A stretch of DNA of 64,000 nucleotides from a virus (taxonomy: Duplodnaviria > Caudoviricetes), in IMG/VR virus record IMGVR_UViG_2667527664_000002, positions 15,911-79,910 of that record. One strand, 5' to 3'. A program made the position numbers and the translations under genes. Under the pieces are notes generated by a model, which was not told where the DNA came from, did not search any database, and saw nothing but the letters and a program-made list of their open reading frames with translations. Each line of letters begins with the position of its first letter. The stretch's first letter is position 1. Below are positions 46,752-57,141 of the stretch, piece after piece.

Positions 46752-48173
46752 CTATTCCTCTAGATCATCGAAAGGAGATTTAGTCTTTATGCTATCTTCA
46801 ACATTAGGCATCATTTTTAGTGCTTCTTCTTCAGATACTCCATATTTCTTAGCTAAATATATCTCAGGTCTTAATATACCAGCTGCAACATCATTTCGCA
46901 TTGATTCTAATTCACTATCTTTATCAAGTACAAGTGAATCATCCCAATCAAAACTAACATCTTTATCTATATCTATAGGACTTACATTTAACTTATATAA
47001 AGTTGCTAAATCATTCATACTCACTATTAAGTCTTTAAGAGCTTTTTCTAGAGATTTCTGTATATCTTTAACAGTTGAATAACTTCTTTGCCTAGATGTC
47101 TTTATCTCTGTTGCTGTCTTAGATACATCATTAATATCACTTAAAGTCCCATAAGCAAGTCCACAGTTAAACTCAACTTTTCTTAATATATTATTAAGTC
47201 CATTAAATAAATTACTATCCCTTATATCGGGGCTAAATGTATCTAAATTTCTTTTTCCTTCTCTGTCTTCCCAAGGAAATATTCTATATAATCTTTCTTT
47301 ACCTTTTGGGAGTTCATATGTACCATCTTCTTTTCTTACAAATAAGCTTTCAGATGCATTTATAGCTATTTCTGTTGCTTCATATTCCCATAATATCCGA
47401 GAATATTGTTTATCTGCTTCCTTTATTAAATCACTGGCTTTAGCATAACATGATACACCTAAAGGACTATTAACATCTATAGCATTAGCCTGTGGTATCT
47501 TAAAATAACTAAATAAAGGTCTTGTGATATTATTTATTGTTATCTCTTCTTGTAATTGACTCCATTCTGGAACACTTGCTAATATAGTTCTTTTCCCTAG
47601 ACTATTGTCTTTTACAAGGTTACTTTTTACATATGCTATGTTCTTTATAGTGTAATTACCTTCTTTAAAATCATGATACTCTAATCTAGTATACTTTTTA
47701 TCACCAATAATTTTATACTCTAAAAAAACTGCTGCTGTAATTTCTCCTATAGCATTATATGAAATAGGTAAAAAGTTATCTTGGTGAATAAGATCTATCT
47801 CTATATTTTTTCCATTAAAATAGGGCTTAAATATTAATCCACCTTTAGCACATGCATATTCTGTATTAATCCTTAATACATCTATTAGCTCTTGATAGAT
47901 TTCATTTAAACCCTCATTATTATTTATTTTACTTTTAAATTCTATAGTAGCCAGTCTTGCTAACTCATTAGCTATAGCTCCAGGAATACCTAATGGAACT
48001 ACTTCATTATTAATCCAAGGGGGACTATTATTATACATATTGCTCCATAAGTTAATCGCATTGGCCATATTATCATTCATTGCAATTTCTATATTTAATT
48101 CTTTAGCAATATCAATTCTATTTAACATGTTATAAACCACCCCCTTAATCGCTTTTTTTAATCTTGAGAACAT
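46752..48173 (-). CDS. Portal protein (SPP1/A118-like)
   Basis: SPLGVS.Y, KTATEI and F.WDDS motifs. Confidence 0.9.
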   Translation of the reverse strand: MFSRLKKAIKGVVYNMLNRIDIAKELNIEIAMNDNMANAINLWSNMYNNSPPWINNEVVPLGIPGAIANELARLATIEFKSKINNNEGLNEIYQELIDVLRINTEYACAKGGLIFKPYFNGKNIEIDLIHQDNFLPISYNAIGEITAAVFLEYKIIGDKKYTRLEYHDFKEGNYTIKNIAYVKSNLVKDNSLGKRTILASVPEWSQLQEEITINNITRPLFSYFKIPQANAIDVNSPLGVSCYAKASDLIKEADKQYSRILWEYEATEIAINASESLFVRKEDGTYELPKGKERLYRIFPWEDREGKRNLDTFSPDIRDSNLFNGLNNILRKVEFNCGLAYGTLSDINDVSKTATEIKTSRQRSYSTVKDIQKSLEKALKDLIVSMNDLATLYKLNVSPIDIDKDVSFDWDDSLVLDKDSELESMRNDVAAGILRPEIYLAKKYGVSEEEALKMMPNVEDSIKTKSPFDDLEE

Positions 48174-48450
48174 AAATAAATACCTCTTTTAAATTTTCAT
48201 TAGAAAAATAATAAATTAAAGTTTTATATTAAATAAATTGTACTTTAATTTATTTATTTAAGTAAAATATAAATCTCAATTTATTTATATTAATTTTAAC
48301 TAACTTTATTTATTTAATTTTTATATTTAGCTTAGAATTAATAAATTTAAAACCTTAATAAAAGCACTAACAAACGTTGAAATTTAAACATTTTACTTAA
48401 ATATACTTTTCAACTATACCTAAAATACATATTTAGTGGATAGTTAAATT

Positions 48451-49797
48451 TTACCTTTGTATAAATACATCTAATAAACGTCTTATATCTCTTTCAAAAC
48501 TATATTCAAAAGCATCTAGAGTATCTATATCAGATGTACCATCGTCTAGCCTTTCATTTTTAAGTTCCTTTGGATTCCATATAGCTGAACATAAAGCATC
48601 TTTAAGTGTTTCACAATCTTCAGTATACTTAAACCTACCTTGAGCTATTAATTTTGAAGTAGCATTTATCCTGTCATTAACACTAGTTTTCCATGCATCA
48701 GCAACTCTTATATTTAATCCTTCTTTTATAGCTGCATTCCTTAAACCTCTTATTAACACTTGCTCTGCACTATCACAATAAGCAACTTCTGCAAAACCAT
48801 ATTTGTGATTTATTTTCTTTACAAAGTTAGTGAATAGTTCCCCTAGTTTTTCAGGATCTATATCATCACCAAAATGTCGTTCACTTGCTAATGTTATTAA
48901 TTCTTTATATCCAGCAGTAATACCAGTCGCTACAAATGCATGCCCTGACTTATTACCTCCAAAGTCTACAGCTATTGTAATCTTAATTAAATTGGCAATT
49001 TCTCTATTAGAGATAATATATTTCTTTGTATCATTAGCAAACTGTCTATATATAAGACCTTCTGCAATACATCTTTTGCCTAATATGTCTCTTTGATACC
49101 ATATAGATGTTTTATCATACTGACTTTTAATCTCTTCTTTTCTTTCATCTGGAATATTAATATTATCATCTATAGTAAAATGTTGATAATTATATCCAAC
49201 TTTTAAAGTTCCTTCTTCATACTTTTTCTTATAGTTATCTATATACTCTTTATATATAGGTGCATTTGGATTATCAGGGTTAAGGTCCCAAAATATCTTT
49301 CTTTTCTTAGCAGCTATAGTTCTGTTGAATACTTCTTTAATAGTATTATCATGATGTAAATTTATTTCAGTTGCTATCCACATTCCATAAGAGTTACCTC
49401 TTATCTTTTTATAACTATCAGCCTTTGCCCCACCAGCAAATATAACTATTCTTTGTTTATTATTTGTTGCTGGACCTTTAATATAAAGACATTCATTACC
49501 TTTAAACTTTCCCCAATGACTTTGACCTCTAAATATATACTCTAATCCAAATCCATTAGCATCACCTATATTTAACTTAGCATTAGCACTTGTTGAACCA
49601 CTTGCTAAATGTATTCTATCCTGTGTATTCTTTAACTCATGTGCAAAGGCAAATACATTGTCTACTGTTTTACCAGCTCTTACGGCTCCTTCTGCAAAAT
49701 TATATGTATTATTCGCACAAGCTCTTATATAGTCTTTATGCTTTTCTGAGAAATTAAAATTAATAGTTTTCTTTTTCTTAATTGCCATATATTTCAC
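48451..49797 (-). CDS. terL: Terminase large subunit (PBSX-like)
   Basis: EGAVRAGKT, DLNPD.P, VDFGG and DTLDAFEY motifs. Confidence 0.95.
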   Translation of the reverse strand: MKYMAIKKKKTINFNFSEKHKDYIRACANNTYNFAEGAVRAGKTVDNVFAFAHELKNTQDRIHLASGSTSANAKLNIGDANGFGLEYIFRGQSHWGKFKGNECLYIKGPATNNKQRIVIFAGGAKADSYKKIRGNSYGMWIATEINLHHDNTIKEVFNRTIAAKKRKIFWDLNPDNPNAPIYKEYIDNYKKKYEEGTLKVGYNYQHFTIDDNINIPDERKEEIKSQYDKTSIWYQRDILGKRCIAEGLIYRQFANDTKKYIISNREIANLIKITIAVDFGGNKSGHAFVATGITAGYKELITLASERHFGDDIDPEKLGELFTNFVKKINHKYGFAEVAYCDSAEQVLIRGLRNAAIKEGLNIRVADAWKTSVNDRINATSKLIAQGRFKYTEDCETLKDALCSAIWNPKELKNERLDDGTSDIDTLDAFEYSFERDIRRLLDVFIQR

Positions 49798-50503
49798 TCT
49801 CTATGTCACTAGTATCTTCTATTTCTTGATTATCACCAGTAAGTTTATTTGTTTGAGCTTTTATAAGATCTAGTCTAGCTTTTTGTTCTTCTGTAATTAA
49901 ATTCCAATTAGCATTAACCATAGACTCATATTGTTTAATTAAACTCCTTAATTCTCCCATAGCTCTACTTTGAGCATTTAAGAATGTTGCTTGTCTATCC
50001 CAAGCAAATTGGAACTCGTATTCTATCTTTTGGCCATATTCACTAGTTTCTTCCTTCTTAAGTTCCTTTATCATTTCTTCTTTATTTTTAACATACATAA
50101 TACGTTGAGCTCTTATTATTGCTGCATATTGAATTGTTATTTGCTCCCAAAGTATATCTAATTGATTTTTCTCTGATATTTCTTTCATCAAATCCAATGT
50201 TTCATCTGGCAGGTACTTAGAGAAAAATCCAAACTTTTCAGCATTTTTATTTCTAGGAGGTCCAGTAGCATTTTTATTTCCTGGCTGGCCACCTTTGTTA
50301 CGCTTTTCTTTCAGAGTACTCCTTTTAGCTATTTGGAGTACTCCATTTAAATGTTCTTTCCATTTATCTTTAGCTTTCCACCCAGATATAGTTTTTTCAG
50401 ATATACCCATAATTTTAGCAATTTCTCTATTTGCAATATTTCCGTTGTGCTCTTTATATATTTTAAAAGCTTTATCTCTATTAGGACTTCTTACTCGAGC
50501 CAC
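49778..50503 (-). CDS. terS: Terminase small subunit
   Basis: MAR.RSP.RD HTH; GGQPGNKNA. Confidence 0.9.
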   Translation of the reverse strand: MARVRSPNRDKAFKIYKEHNGNIANREIAKIMGISEKTISGWKAKDKWKEHLNGVLQIAKRSTLKEKRNKGGQPGNKNATGPPRNKNAEKFGFFSKYLPDETLDLMKEISEKNQLDILWEQITIQYAAIIRAQRIMYVKNKEEMIKELKKEETSEYGQKIEYEFQFAWDRQATFLNAQSRAMGELRSLIKQYESMVNANWNLITEEQKARLDLIKAQTNKLTGDNQEIEDTSDIESEIYGN

Positions 50504-50560
50504 ATCACCACCTCACTTATTCGTCGTTTTGGAAAATAAAAAAGAACCCTTAAAGAGCTC

Positions 50561-52585
50561 TTATAAAAAATCAAAATCACAGTCGGTATTGCTAATTTCT
50601 CTTTCTATTTCTTTTTTCAAATCAATGCACTTTTGATAATTTAAAATAGGTATTGTATTTAAGTCTTTAGCATATAGACAATTTGAATGTTTATAATAAT
50701 TATTAACTTCACTAAATAATTCCAATCTATTTAACCCATTTTTCGGATCATCGTATGTATTTTTATCTATAATATAAAGACCTTCTTCTAATTTATTATG
50801 TAAATCAAATATCGGCATTAAATCATATTCATTTATTATAATCTCTGATTTTTTATGATTCAATAATCTAATTAATGTTGATATTTTAGACTCTTCAGAA
50901 ACTCTAATTCCAATTCCATCACTCATATTTATATATGTTCTATTATATACTTTAGAATTTTCTTTAAAAAAATATCTAAATCTATTTCTCGAATCTTTTT
51001 CATTTCTTAAATCATTTATTTTTTCTTTTTCTAAAATTTTAATTTCAATCAATTTATTTACAAACATCATATTCTTCCTAAATAAAATTTCTTCTTCATC
51101 ATAATTTGTATATATCTCAGAGGTATAAGTAGTATTAATAAATTTTTCAAAATCCTGTAAAATTGGAAGTATTATATATTGCGTAAAACTTGTGTAATCC
51201 ATATCATAATAAAAATCTAATACATTATAATATTTATCTATTTTCCCCTCATTAGATATTATATTTAATATTTTTTCTAAATTTGATTTTGAGTCTAACC
51301 AAATATAGCTAGCTGCAAAATAATCTTGAAAAGATTTATGTACCCATCTATATTGATTTCCTTCTTTTATAAATATAGGTACTGAATGAGTTAAATCATA
51401 TATAAGATCAGATGGTTTAAATTCTATTCCTATTATATTTTCTTTTGCATTGTCTATAATACTTATTAACGTTTCTCTTTGATAGTTAACTCCTTTTGAT
51501 ACTGTATTAAATGCAATATATCTAACTATCTTATGAAAATCTTCTATATCTAGCTTACTTTTCTTATAGTGTACATATGCTCCACCTTTAGACATATCAT
51601 GATCTTCAAATAATGCATCATATACTTGTCTATAGAATATATGTTTTTTATATGGAATTGTCTTTTTATATTCAAATGCTTTATACAATAGCGATACCAT
51701 TAAAGGATTATCTAAAAATTCATTTATTAGTCTAAGATTATCTTCTGTCTTTAACTTATCTACTAATTCTTTAGATAAATCCCCATTATTGTCATATTTA
51801 TAAATTAACTTATACACTTCTTCTTCTTCTAATCTTTTTACATCAAATCTTTGAAAATCACCAAAAGAATTTAATTCATTCTCGTCTCTTGAAGATATTA
51901 TAAATGAATTATTTCCTGATTTAGATATAAATTCTTGTATGTTATCTGTTACAACACTCTTCGACTCATTACTTATTTCATCATAACCATCAAAGAAAAA
52001 TATAAAATCACCTCTTTCAACTAATTCTCTTATTTCGTCTTCATTAAAGTTTACTCTTATTCCATTAATTTCATTCATTATAAATTTAACTATAGATGTA
52101 TCTCCACTTAATTTGCGCAGCTCTATCAATATAGGTATTCCTTTGTTTTGCCTTATCGCACTTAAATACAAATATTTCATTATGGTAGATTTGCCCATAC
52201 CAGCACTATCTACTAATAATATTTTTTTGTAAGCTGGAATAAACTCATCTTTATATTTATCTATGTATACCTCTATAAATTTATCATTACACCCATCTAT
52301 CGACTCTGACTTTTTAACAGTTAATGGTATATACAAATCATCAATTGTTTTTTGTTGATTTTTAAATACAATTGTATTTATATATAAATTCTTCTTATAG
52401 CTTCTTTCTATATATTCAGTAAAATCATGCGTTATAAAATCTATTTCAGTTTTATTTAATTTACCTTTAATATCTTCTAATTTAGGCTTTACATATACGT
52501 TTACCATTGCTTTTGAAAGTTCTGTAATCCCAGCACTAACCCCTAAACTTATTCCTGCCTTAATTGCTTCTAACTGTAAATTCAT
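50561..52585 (-). CDS. NACHT (STAND) NTPase, candidate anti-phage protein
   Basis: AGMGKST Walker A, FFFDGYDE Walker B, SSR, NPLM, W.HKSFQDYFAA. Confidence 0.9.
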   Translation of the reverse strand: MNLQLEAIKAGISLGVSAGITELSKAMVNVYVKPKLEDIKGKLNKTEIDFITHDFTEYIERSYKKNLYINTIVFKNQQKTIDDLYIPLTVKKSESIDGCNDKFIEVYIDKYKDEFIPAYKKILLVDSAGMGKSTIMKYLYLSAIRQNKGIPILIELRKLSGDTSIVKFIMNEINGIRVNFNEDEIRELVERGDFIFFFDGYDEISNESKSVVTDNIQEFISKSGNNSFIISSRDENELNSFGDFQRFDVKRLEEEEVYKLIYKYDNNGDLSKELVDKLKTEDNLRLINEFLDNPLMVSLLYKAFEYKKTIPYKKHIFYRQVYDALFEDHDMSKGGAYVHYKKSKLDIEDFHKIVRYIAFNTVSKGVNYQRETLISIIDNAKENIIGIEFKPSDLIYDLTHSVPIFIKEGNQYRWVHKSFQDYFAASYIWLDSKSNLEKILNIISNEGKIDKYYNVLDFYYDMDYTSFTQYIILPILQDFEKFINTTYTSEIYTNYDEEEILFRKNMMFVNKLIEIKILEKEKINDLRNEKDSRNRFRYFFKENSKVYNRTYINMSDGIGIRVSEESKISTLIRLLNHKKSEIIINEYDLMPIFDLHNKLEEGLYIIDKNTYDDPKNGLNRLELFSEVNNYYKHSNCLYAKDLNTIPILNYQKCIDLKKEIEREISNTDCDFDFL

Positions 52586-52916
52586 TAATTACCTCCATAA
52601 AATAATCTTTAACTATCATTTCATTTCGACATATTATTATTTTTTCCTTCTTTTTTCTTGAATTTATCAAAATTAGTCTTCTTACTCATTTCTCTATCAA
52701 AATCCCTTAACGCACTTGGCAGCTCATAGATCATCTTAATTACTTCATCAACATCTTTTCACTTTTTCATATATTCACCCTTTTACACAAATAAAAAAGC
52801 CAGGTGAGAAAGTCCTGACTTTTTTAAATGGATAAGTTGTTGTTACTAACTAATAAATGTAAGTAGTTTATACTCCATACCTCTATAGAGTGCTCTTAAT
52901 AGCCGTAAAGTTATAT

Positions 52917-52985
52917 TGGTGAGAATTAAAGGAATCGAACCTTCTATCATCTAAATTAGATATTTTACCATTAAACTATATTCTC
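52917..52985 (-). ncRNA. tRNA-like element lacking an anticodon loop (copy 2)
   Basis: GAGAATA TA GTTTAATGGTAAAAT ATCTA-ATT-TAGAT GATA GAAGG TTCGATT CCTTT AATTCTC A CCA. Confidence 0.75.
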
Positions 52986-53120
52986 ACGTTGCTAGGATAA
53001 TTATTATACCCTAGCAATTATATAAAAAGGGGTATTGGGGAATAAGAAATTATGTTATCTTCAATTTCCTATACTACTATATTACCACCTTTTTATTTGT
53101 AAAAAATCTTCACTTTGTAG

Positions 53121-53624
53121 TTAAAATGTAGTCAAAGTGTTGGGTTGCATATCATATTCATTGAATAATGGTAATTCTTCATAATTAGGATATAGCATCC
53201 CCATAACTTTATAAACTAATCTTTCTCTAATCTTATAGCAATGACTGCGATCCATATGTAATTTTATACTTATATACTTCATGTTATTTTTGCTTTTACT
53301 GTTATAGAATAATTTAAAGAAATTAGTTTCATTGTGGTCTAAGCAGCTTAATGAGTTTTCTATCTTCTCTTTCTCTATTTCTTTTTCTAATTTACTTTGC
53401 ATCAACTTGGCTATTTTCTTTTCTTTAGCTATAACCTCTTTTTCAACACTCCTAGAAATATTATAGGTTACACCTGTTCTTTCATCATAACTTATGGCCC
53501 CACAACCTCTATATTCCAGTTTCTCTTTCTTTATATCTAATTCTATATTACTTATTTGAGCTTCTAAAAACTTATAATTATGTAATCTTCCTTCTACCTT
53601 TTTAAATAGTTCTTTTTTTTCCAT
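53121..53624 (-). CDS. Late transcriptional activator (ArpU/RinA-like)
   Basis: Close homolog of 11747..12250. Confidence 0.75.
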   Translation of the reverse strand: MEKKELFKKVEGRLHNYKFLEAQISNIELDIKKEKLEYRGCGAISYDERTGVTYNISRSVEKEVIAKEKKIAKLMQSKLEKEIEKEKIENSLSCLDHNETNFFKLFYNSKSKNNMKYISIKLHMDRSHCYKIRERLVYKVMGMLYPNYEELPLFNEYDMQPNTLTTF

Positions 53625-53647
53625 AAGCAGTCACTTCCTATTTCCTT

Positions 53648-53920
53648 TTAACTTATAATATCTTTCATTTCCTCTAGACATTTTTCACATATTAAAATAT
53701 TTTTTACATTTTTTAAATCTTCTTTTGATCCACATAAAATACATGAATCATTATGTTTTTTTACTGTAATAGCTCCATTTTCACATACTATTTCAACAGG
53801 CTCATTTTCCTTTATATTTAACATTTTTCTAAATTCTTTTGGTATTACAACTCTTCCTAATGAGTCTATATTTCTTATAATTCCTTTATTTGTTTTGCCA
53901 TTCATACTATCACCCTCCAC
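53648..53920 (-). CDS. AbrB/SpoVT-family regulator
   Basis: Close homolog of 12275..12532. Confidence 0.9.
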   Translation of the reverse strand: MEGDSMNGKTNKGIIRNIDSLGRVVIPKEFRKMLNIKENEPVEIVCENGAITVKKHNDSCILCGSKEDLKNVKNILICEKCLEEMKDIIS

Positions 53921-53998
53921 ATATTTCTAATGCTTAAAATTGTATAAATAATAATTATACATACATTTCCTTAAATTTTGCTTAAGTTAAAATAAGCT

Positions 53999-54400
53999 TT
54001 AAATTTCTTGTATTGTGACCTCTACCCTAGGCTTATCTGAAAAATACTTAGTTGCTATTAATTCAACTATTTGAGTATCATCTTTATAAGCAACTTCATT
54101 TAAAGAATCACATATTACCTTTATAACATTGTCTGCATCGGGCTTTATATTGTGAGGTCTAATTTCTCCTTTTAGCTTAGCCTGTTTTTTCTTTTTGCTA
54201 TCACTTTTAGCTATTGGATAAAAACAATTTATAGCTATCTTTATAGGCCCTTCAAAATATGTTTTGACCTGTGCTCTATACAATAACTTAATATAATTTT
54301 CATACATAACAGTTTGCTCTGGTGTTTTTATCCTTCCATAACTTAATCTTGGTCTTCCTTTACCCTGTGGTTTCCCATATATTGTAAAATTAACTTCCAT
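53999..54400 (-). CDS. rusA: RusA Holliday junction resolvase
   Basis: P.GKGRPR and KPDADN..K...D.LN...YKDD. Confidence 0.95.
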   Translation of the reverse strand: MEVNFTIYGKPQGKGRPRLSYGRIKTPEQTVMYENYIKLLYRAQVKTYFEGPIKIAINCFYPIAKSDSKKKKQAKLKGEIRPHNIKPDADNVIKVICDSLNEVAYKDDTQIVELIATKYFSDKPRVEVTIQEI

Positions 54401-54643
54401 ATCAACCTCCTAAATCTTTTATATTTTTTTGAATAACTGATTTATAACTTCATATAATAGAATTATCTTCTGTGTATGATCATCGTGTACAAACGCATTT
54501 ATCATTAAAGGCTAGATTAATTTCTAGTCTTTTTTCTATATAAAATGTAAAATTTACTTTTTCATTCAGTCAATTATTTCTCTTTAGGTTAACGAATATT
54601 TATCTTTTTAAGAGTCAAACTATTCTAGAAAGGTGGTTTTAAT

Positions 54644-54961
54644 GTGAAAAAGAAAATAATTGTACTTTTATTATCTTCATGCTTTTTATTAAGCCTATCT
54701 AGTAGTGTTTATGCAGTTAACCTATTTAAAGAAGGTGTCTATAAGGTTGCTGATTTAAACTTTTCTGAGGATAACAAATATATAGTTCAAAATGTTTCAA
54801 AAACTGAAGGAGCTTATCTTCAAGTATTTGACGAGAATCAAGTTTTAGTTCAGTCTATTAGATTTTCTCCTGATTCTGAAAAGTTTAATTTAGTTAAAAT
54901 TAGTCCTGAGTATAGAATAGTAATACTTGGTGGTGGAAATATTTATATCTATCCATCTTAA
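54644..54961 (+). CDS. Small secreted moron protein
   Basis: Signal peptide ending VYA; opposite strand to neighbours. Confidence 0.7.
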   Translation: MKKKIIVLLLSSCFLLSLSSSVYAVNLFKEGVYKVADLNFSEDNKYIVQNVSKTEGAYLQVFDENQVLVQSIRFSPDSEKFNLVKISPEYRIVILGGGNIYIYPS

Positions 54962-55120
54962 TAGTTTTATTTATTGAAACTACCTAATTAAATAATCTAC
55001 TAAATTAAAGGTGCTCCAATTGGGCATCTTTTCTCTTAATTTAATATCTCCACCTCATAAACTTTAGATTTTATTTTTCTTCTTCAACTGAATTAGATTT
55101 AATCTTATTAAAATTTATAA

Positions 55121-55315
55121 CTATTCCTCCTTATTACCACCTTTAATCCCCCAAGCACTCATTATTTTATCTGCACTTTCTGGAAACTTTACTTTTCCAT
55201 TGATTTCTAATCCACATATGCACTGTGCCAATGCCATATAATTTGGATATGTTTTATAGTCGCTTGGTTTAAAGAATGTTTCTTTTACATTTGGTATACT
55301 AGCTTCTTTTTTCAT
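55121..55315 (-). CDS. Hypothetical phage protein (homolog at 13056..13286)
   Basis: Near-identical core. Confidence 0.7.
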   Translation of the reverse strand: MKKEASIPNVKETFFKPSDYKTYPNYMALAQCICGLEINGKVKFPESADKIMSAWGIKGGNKEE

Positions 55316-55319
55316 AGTA

Positions 55320-55835
55320 TCAACTCTCCATAAACTTAGGATTTAGATAGTTCTCTTTCATCTTATTAAAATATGCTTCTCTTATTTCTTCCATATCAAA
55401 TCCTAGTGAATATACAAGCTCTACATATTTAGTTATTAAAGTGTCTAGCTTATGCTTACCAAACATCTTTCTCCATGGTAATGTAGTTATTTTATAAGCT
55501 ATATAAATAAACTGGTTCTCTAAACTTGTTGTTTGTGTTTCTTCAACTGAAGCAATTAAATCTACATCTAATTCATTCGCTAAATTTCCTAAATGACTTA
55601 GTAAATCTGCTAATTCCTCTTTTAATCTATCTTGGTTAACTTGTGATCTATCCCACCACTTATGTATCTTAGTTTCATTTAATACTTCTACTAGCTCACT
55701 TAATAAAGCTAATGTAAGCCACATAGGAACTTCAAATTTGCTTTCTTGATACTTTATCCCTTCAACATTTCTCAAGTAGTCTAAAAACTTTTCTTGCTCT
55801 TTTTTCATATAGTTTAAATTTATAATTTTAGTCAT
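55320..55835 (-). CDS. Dimeric dUTPase (all-alpha)
   Basis: AL..EL.E..NE...KWW, EE.AD, AY..K...N. Confidence 0.85.
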   Translation of the reverse strand: MTKIINLNYMKKEQEKFLDYLRNVEGIKYQESKFEVPMWLTLALLSELVEVLNETKIHKWWDRSQVNQDRLKEELADLLSHLGNLANELDVDLIASVEETQTTSLENQFIYIAYKITTLPWRKMFGKHKLDTLITKYVELVYSLGFDMEEIREAYFNKMKENYLNPKFMES

Positions 55836-55837
55836 TT

Positions 55838-56203
55838 CTATTTCCCCTTAAATTTAAAATCTTTATTTCGTGTAAAAATATATCTATGTTTATATTTATA
55901 TTTATGTTGTATATAAAATCCAACTCCAGCAGGATTAAGTCCAAAGTTTTGTGCTGCTTCTTTCCCACTTTGAAACTTATGTAGTTCACCTGTTTCTATA
56001 TCAAATACATAAGTTTCTTTACATCCATTTTTATTTCCAGTTCTTTTTTTATTAGATTTTTTCTTTTGATCTCTTCTATTTTGTAATGCAATCTTTCTAA
56101 CACACTCATCTACTGATAATCCTGTTACTATACAAGCTAGTAATGCCATATAATTATCAGTAAAATCAAAATCACACATATTGGAGTATTTCACTCTACT
56201 CAC
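55838..56203 (-). CDS. NUMOD1-like DNA-binding protein
   Basis: F.S.KEAA...G; N-terminus shared with 13270..13815. Confidence 0.6.
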   Translation of the reverse strand: MSRVKYSNMCDFDFTDNYMALLACIVTGLSVDECVRKIALQNRRDQKKKSNKKRTGNKNGCKETYVFDIETGELHKFQSGKEAAQNFGLNPAGVGFYIQHKYKYKHRYIFTRNKDFKFKGK

Positions 56204-56205
56204 CT

Positions 56206-57090
56206 CTATTTAAATTTTCCTATTTGGCTTTCTATAAGCATTTGTTCTAATTCATCTGATCCATATTTATCAAAGTGTTGATTTATATTATGAAATCGAG
56301 TTTTTACACCAGGTATAGAATTCTTATTTTTGTCAATAATAGGTTTGTAATCCTCTTGGATAGCTTTTAGTAAATAACCTACAATGTTCTTAACGTTTGG
56401 GGTATTGTTTACTAAATCAAGCTTTTCAATTAAATACTCAATATCTCTCCCAGTAGCTAAGTAAACATTAGCTACTTTTTTTATGTCTTCATCTTCTAAA
56501 CTAAATCTTTTATTAATTTCTTCAACAACATTAACCAAACTTACTTTTTTATTATTGTGTTTGTTATTATTATTGTTATTGTTATTATGTTTGTTATTGT
56601 TATTCCCCTCGTCACGTTCTCCGTCACGTAACTCGTCACGTACATCCTCTAGAAAACTTATAAATATCTCCTTAATTTTCTTATTTTCAATTCTCTCACC
56701 AACTATTTTTATAAGAGACTTATCTTTAACTGATGCAAGTTCTTTCTTTACACAATTTTCAATCGGAGTTCCTGCTCTTGGGAAGTTATATCTACCCCAG
56801 TTTATAATTGCAAGCTCTCTAGTTTCTTTATTATATATAATAGTTTTATGATGATTTTCAAATCTATCCATAAGTGCATTTATACTTTCTATTGAATATC
56901 CAAGTTCAAATGCCATTTGTTTTTTAGTTATCTGATATATACCTATTTGCGTTGTTTTTGGATTGGTTATTAAATATAAAAAAAATAATTTATCTTCTGG
57001 AGTCATTTCTTCTATAACTTTTGGATCTTGCCAAAACGTAACATGTACAGGTCTGTATATAGCCATCCATATCACCCACTTTGCTATCAT
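56206..57090 (-). CDS. Replication initiator (likely start 57066)
   Basis: MA.YR....FW.D......TPEDK.F.LYL.TN..T..IG.Y. Confidence 0.85.
   Translation of the reverse strand: MIAKWVIWMAIYRPVHVTFWQDPKVIEEMTPEDKLFFLYLITNPKTTQIGIYQITKKQMAFELGYSIESINALMDRFENHHKTIIYNKETRELAIINWGRYNFPRAGTPIENCVKKELASVKDKSLIKIVGERIENKKIKEIFISFLEDVRDELRDGERDEGNNNNKHNNNNNNNNKHNNKKVSLVNVVEEINKRFSLEDEDIKKVANVYLATGRDIEYLIEKLDLVNNTPNVKNIVGYLLKAIQEDYKPIIDKNKNSIPGVKTRFHNINQHFDKYGSDELEQMLIESQIGKFK
56550..56641. repeat. Probable origin: CGTCACGT x3 at 12-bp period plus AT-rich (poly-Asn) tract
   Basis: Iterons at 56610, 56622 and 56634. Confidence 0.65.
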
Positions 57091-57141
57091 TTTAATGTTA
57101 GAAGTAAGAGCTTATAATAATTCTCTTACTCCTTTTTATTA

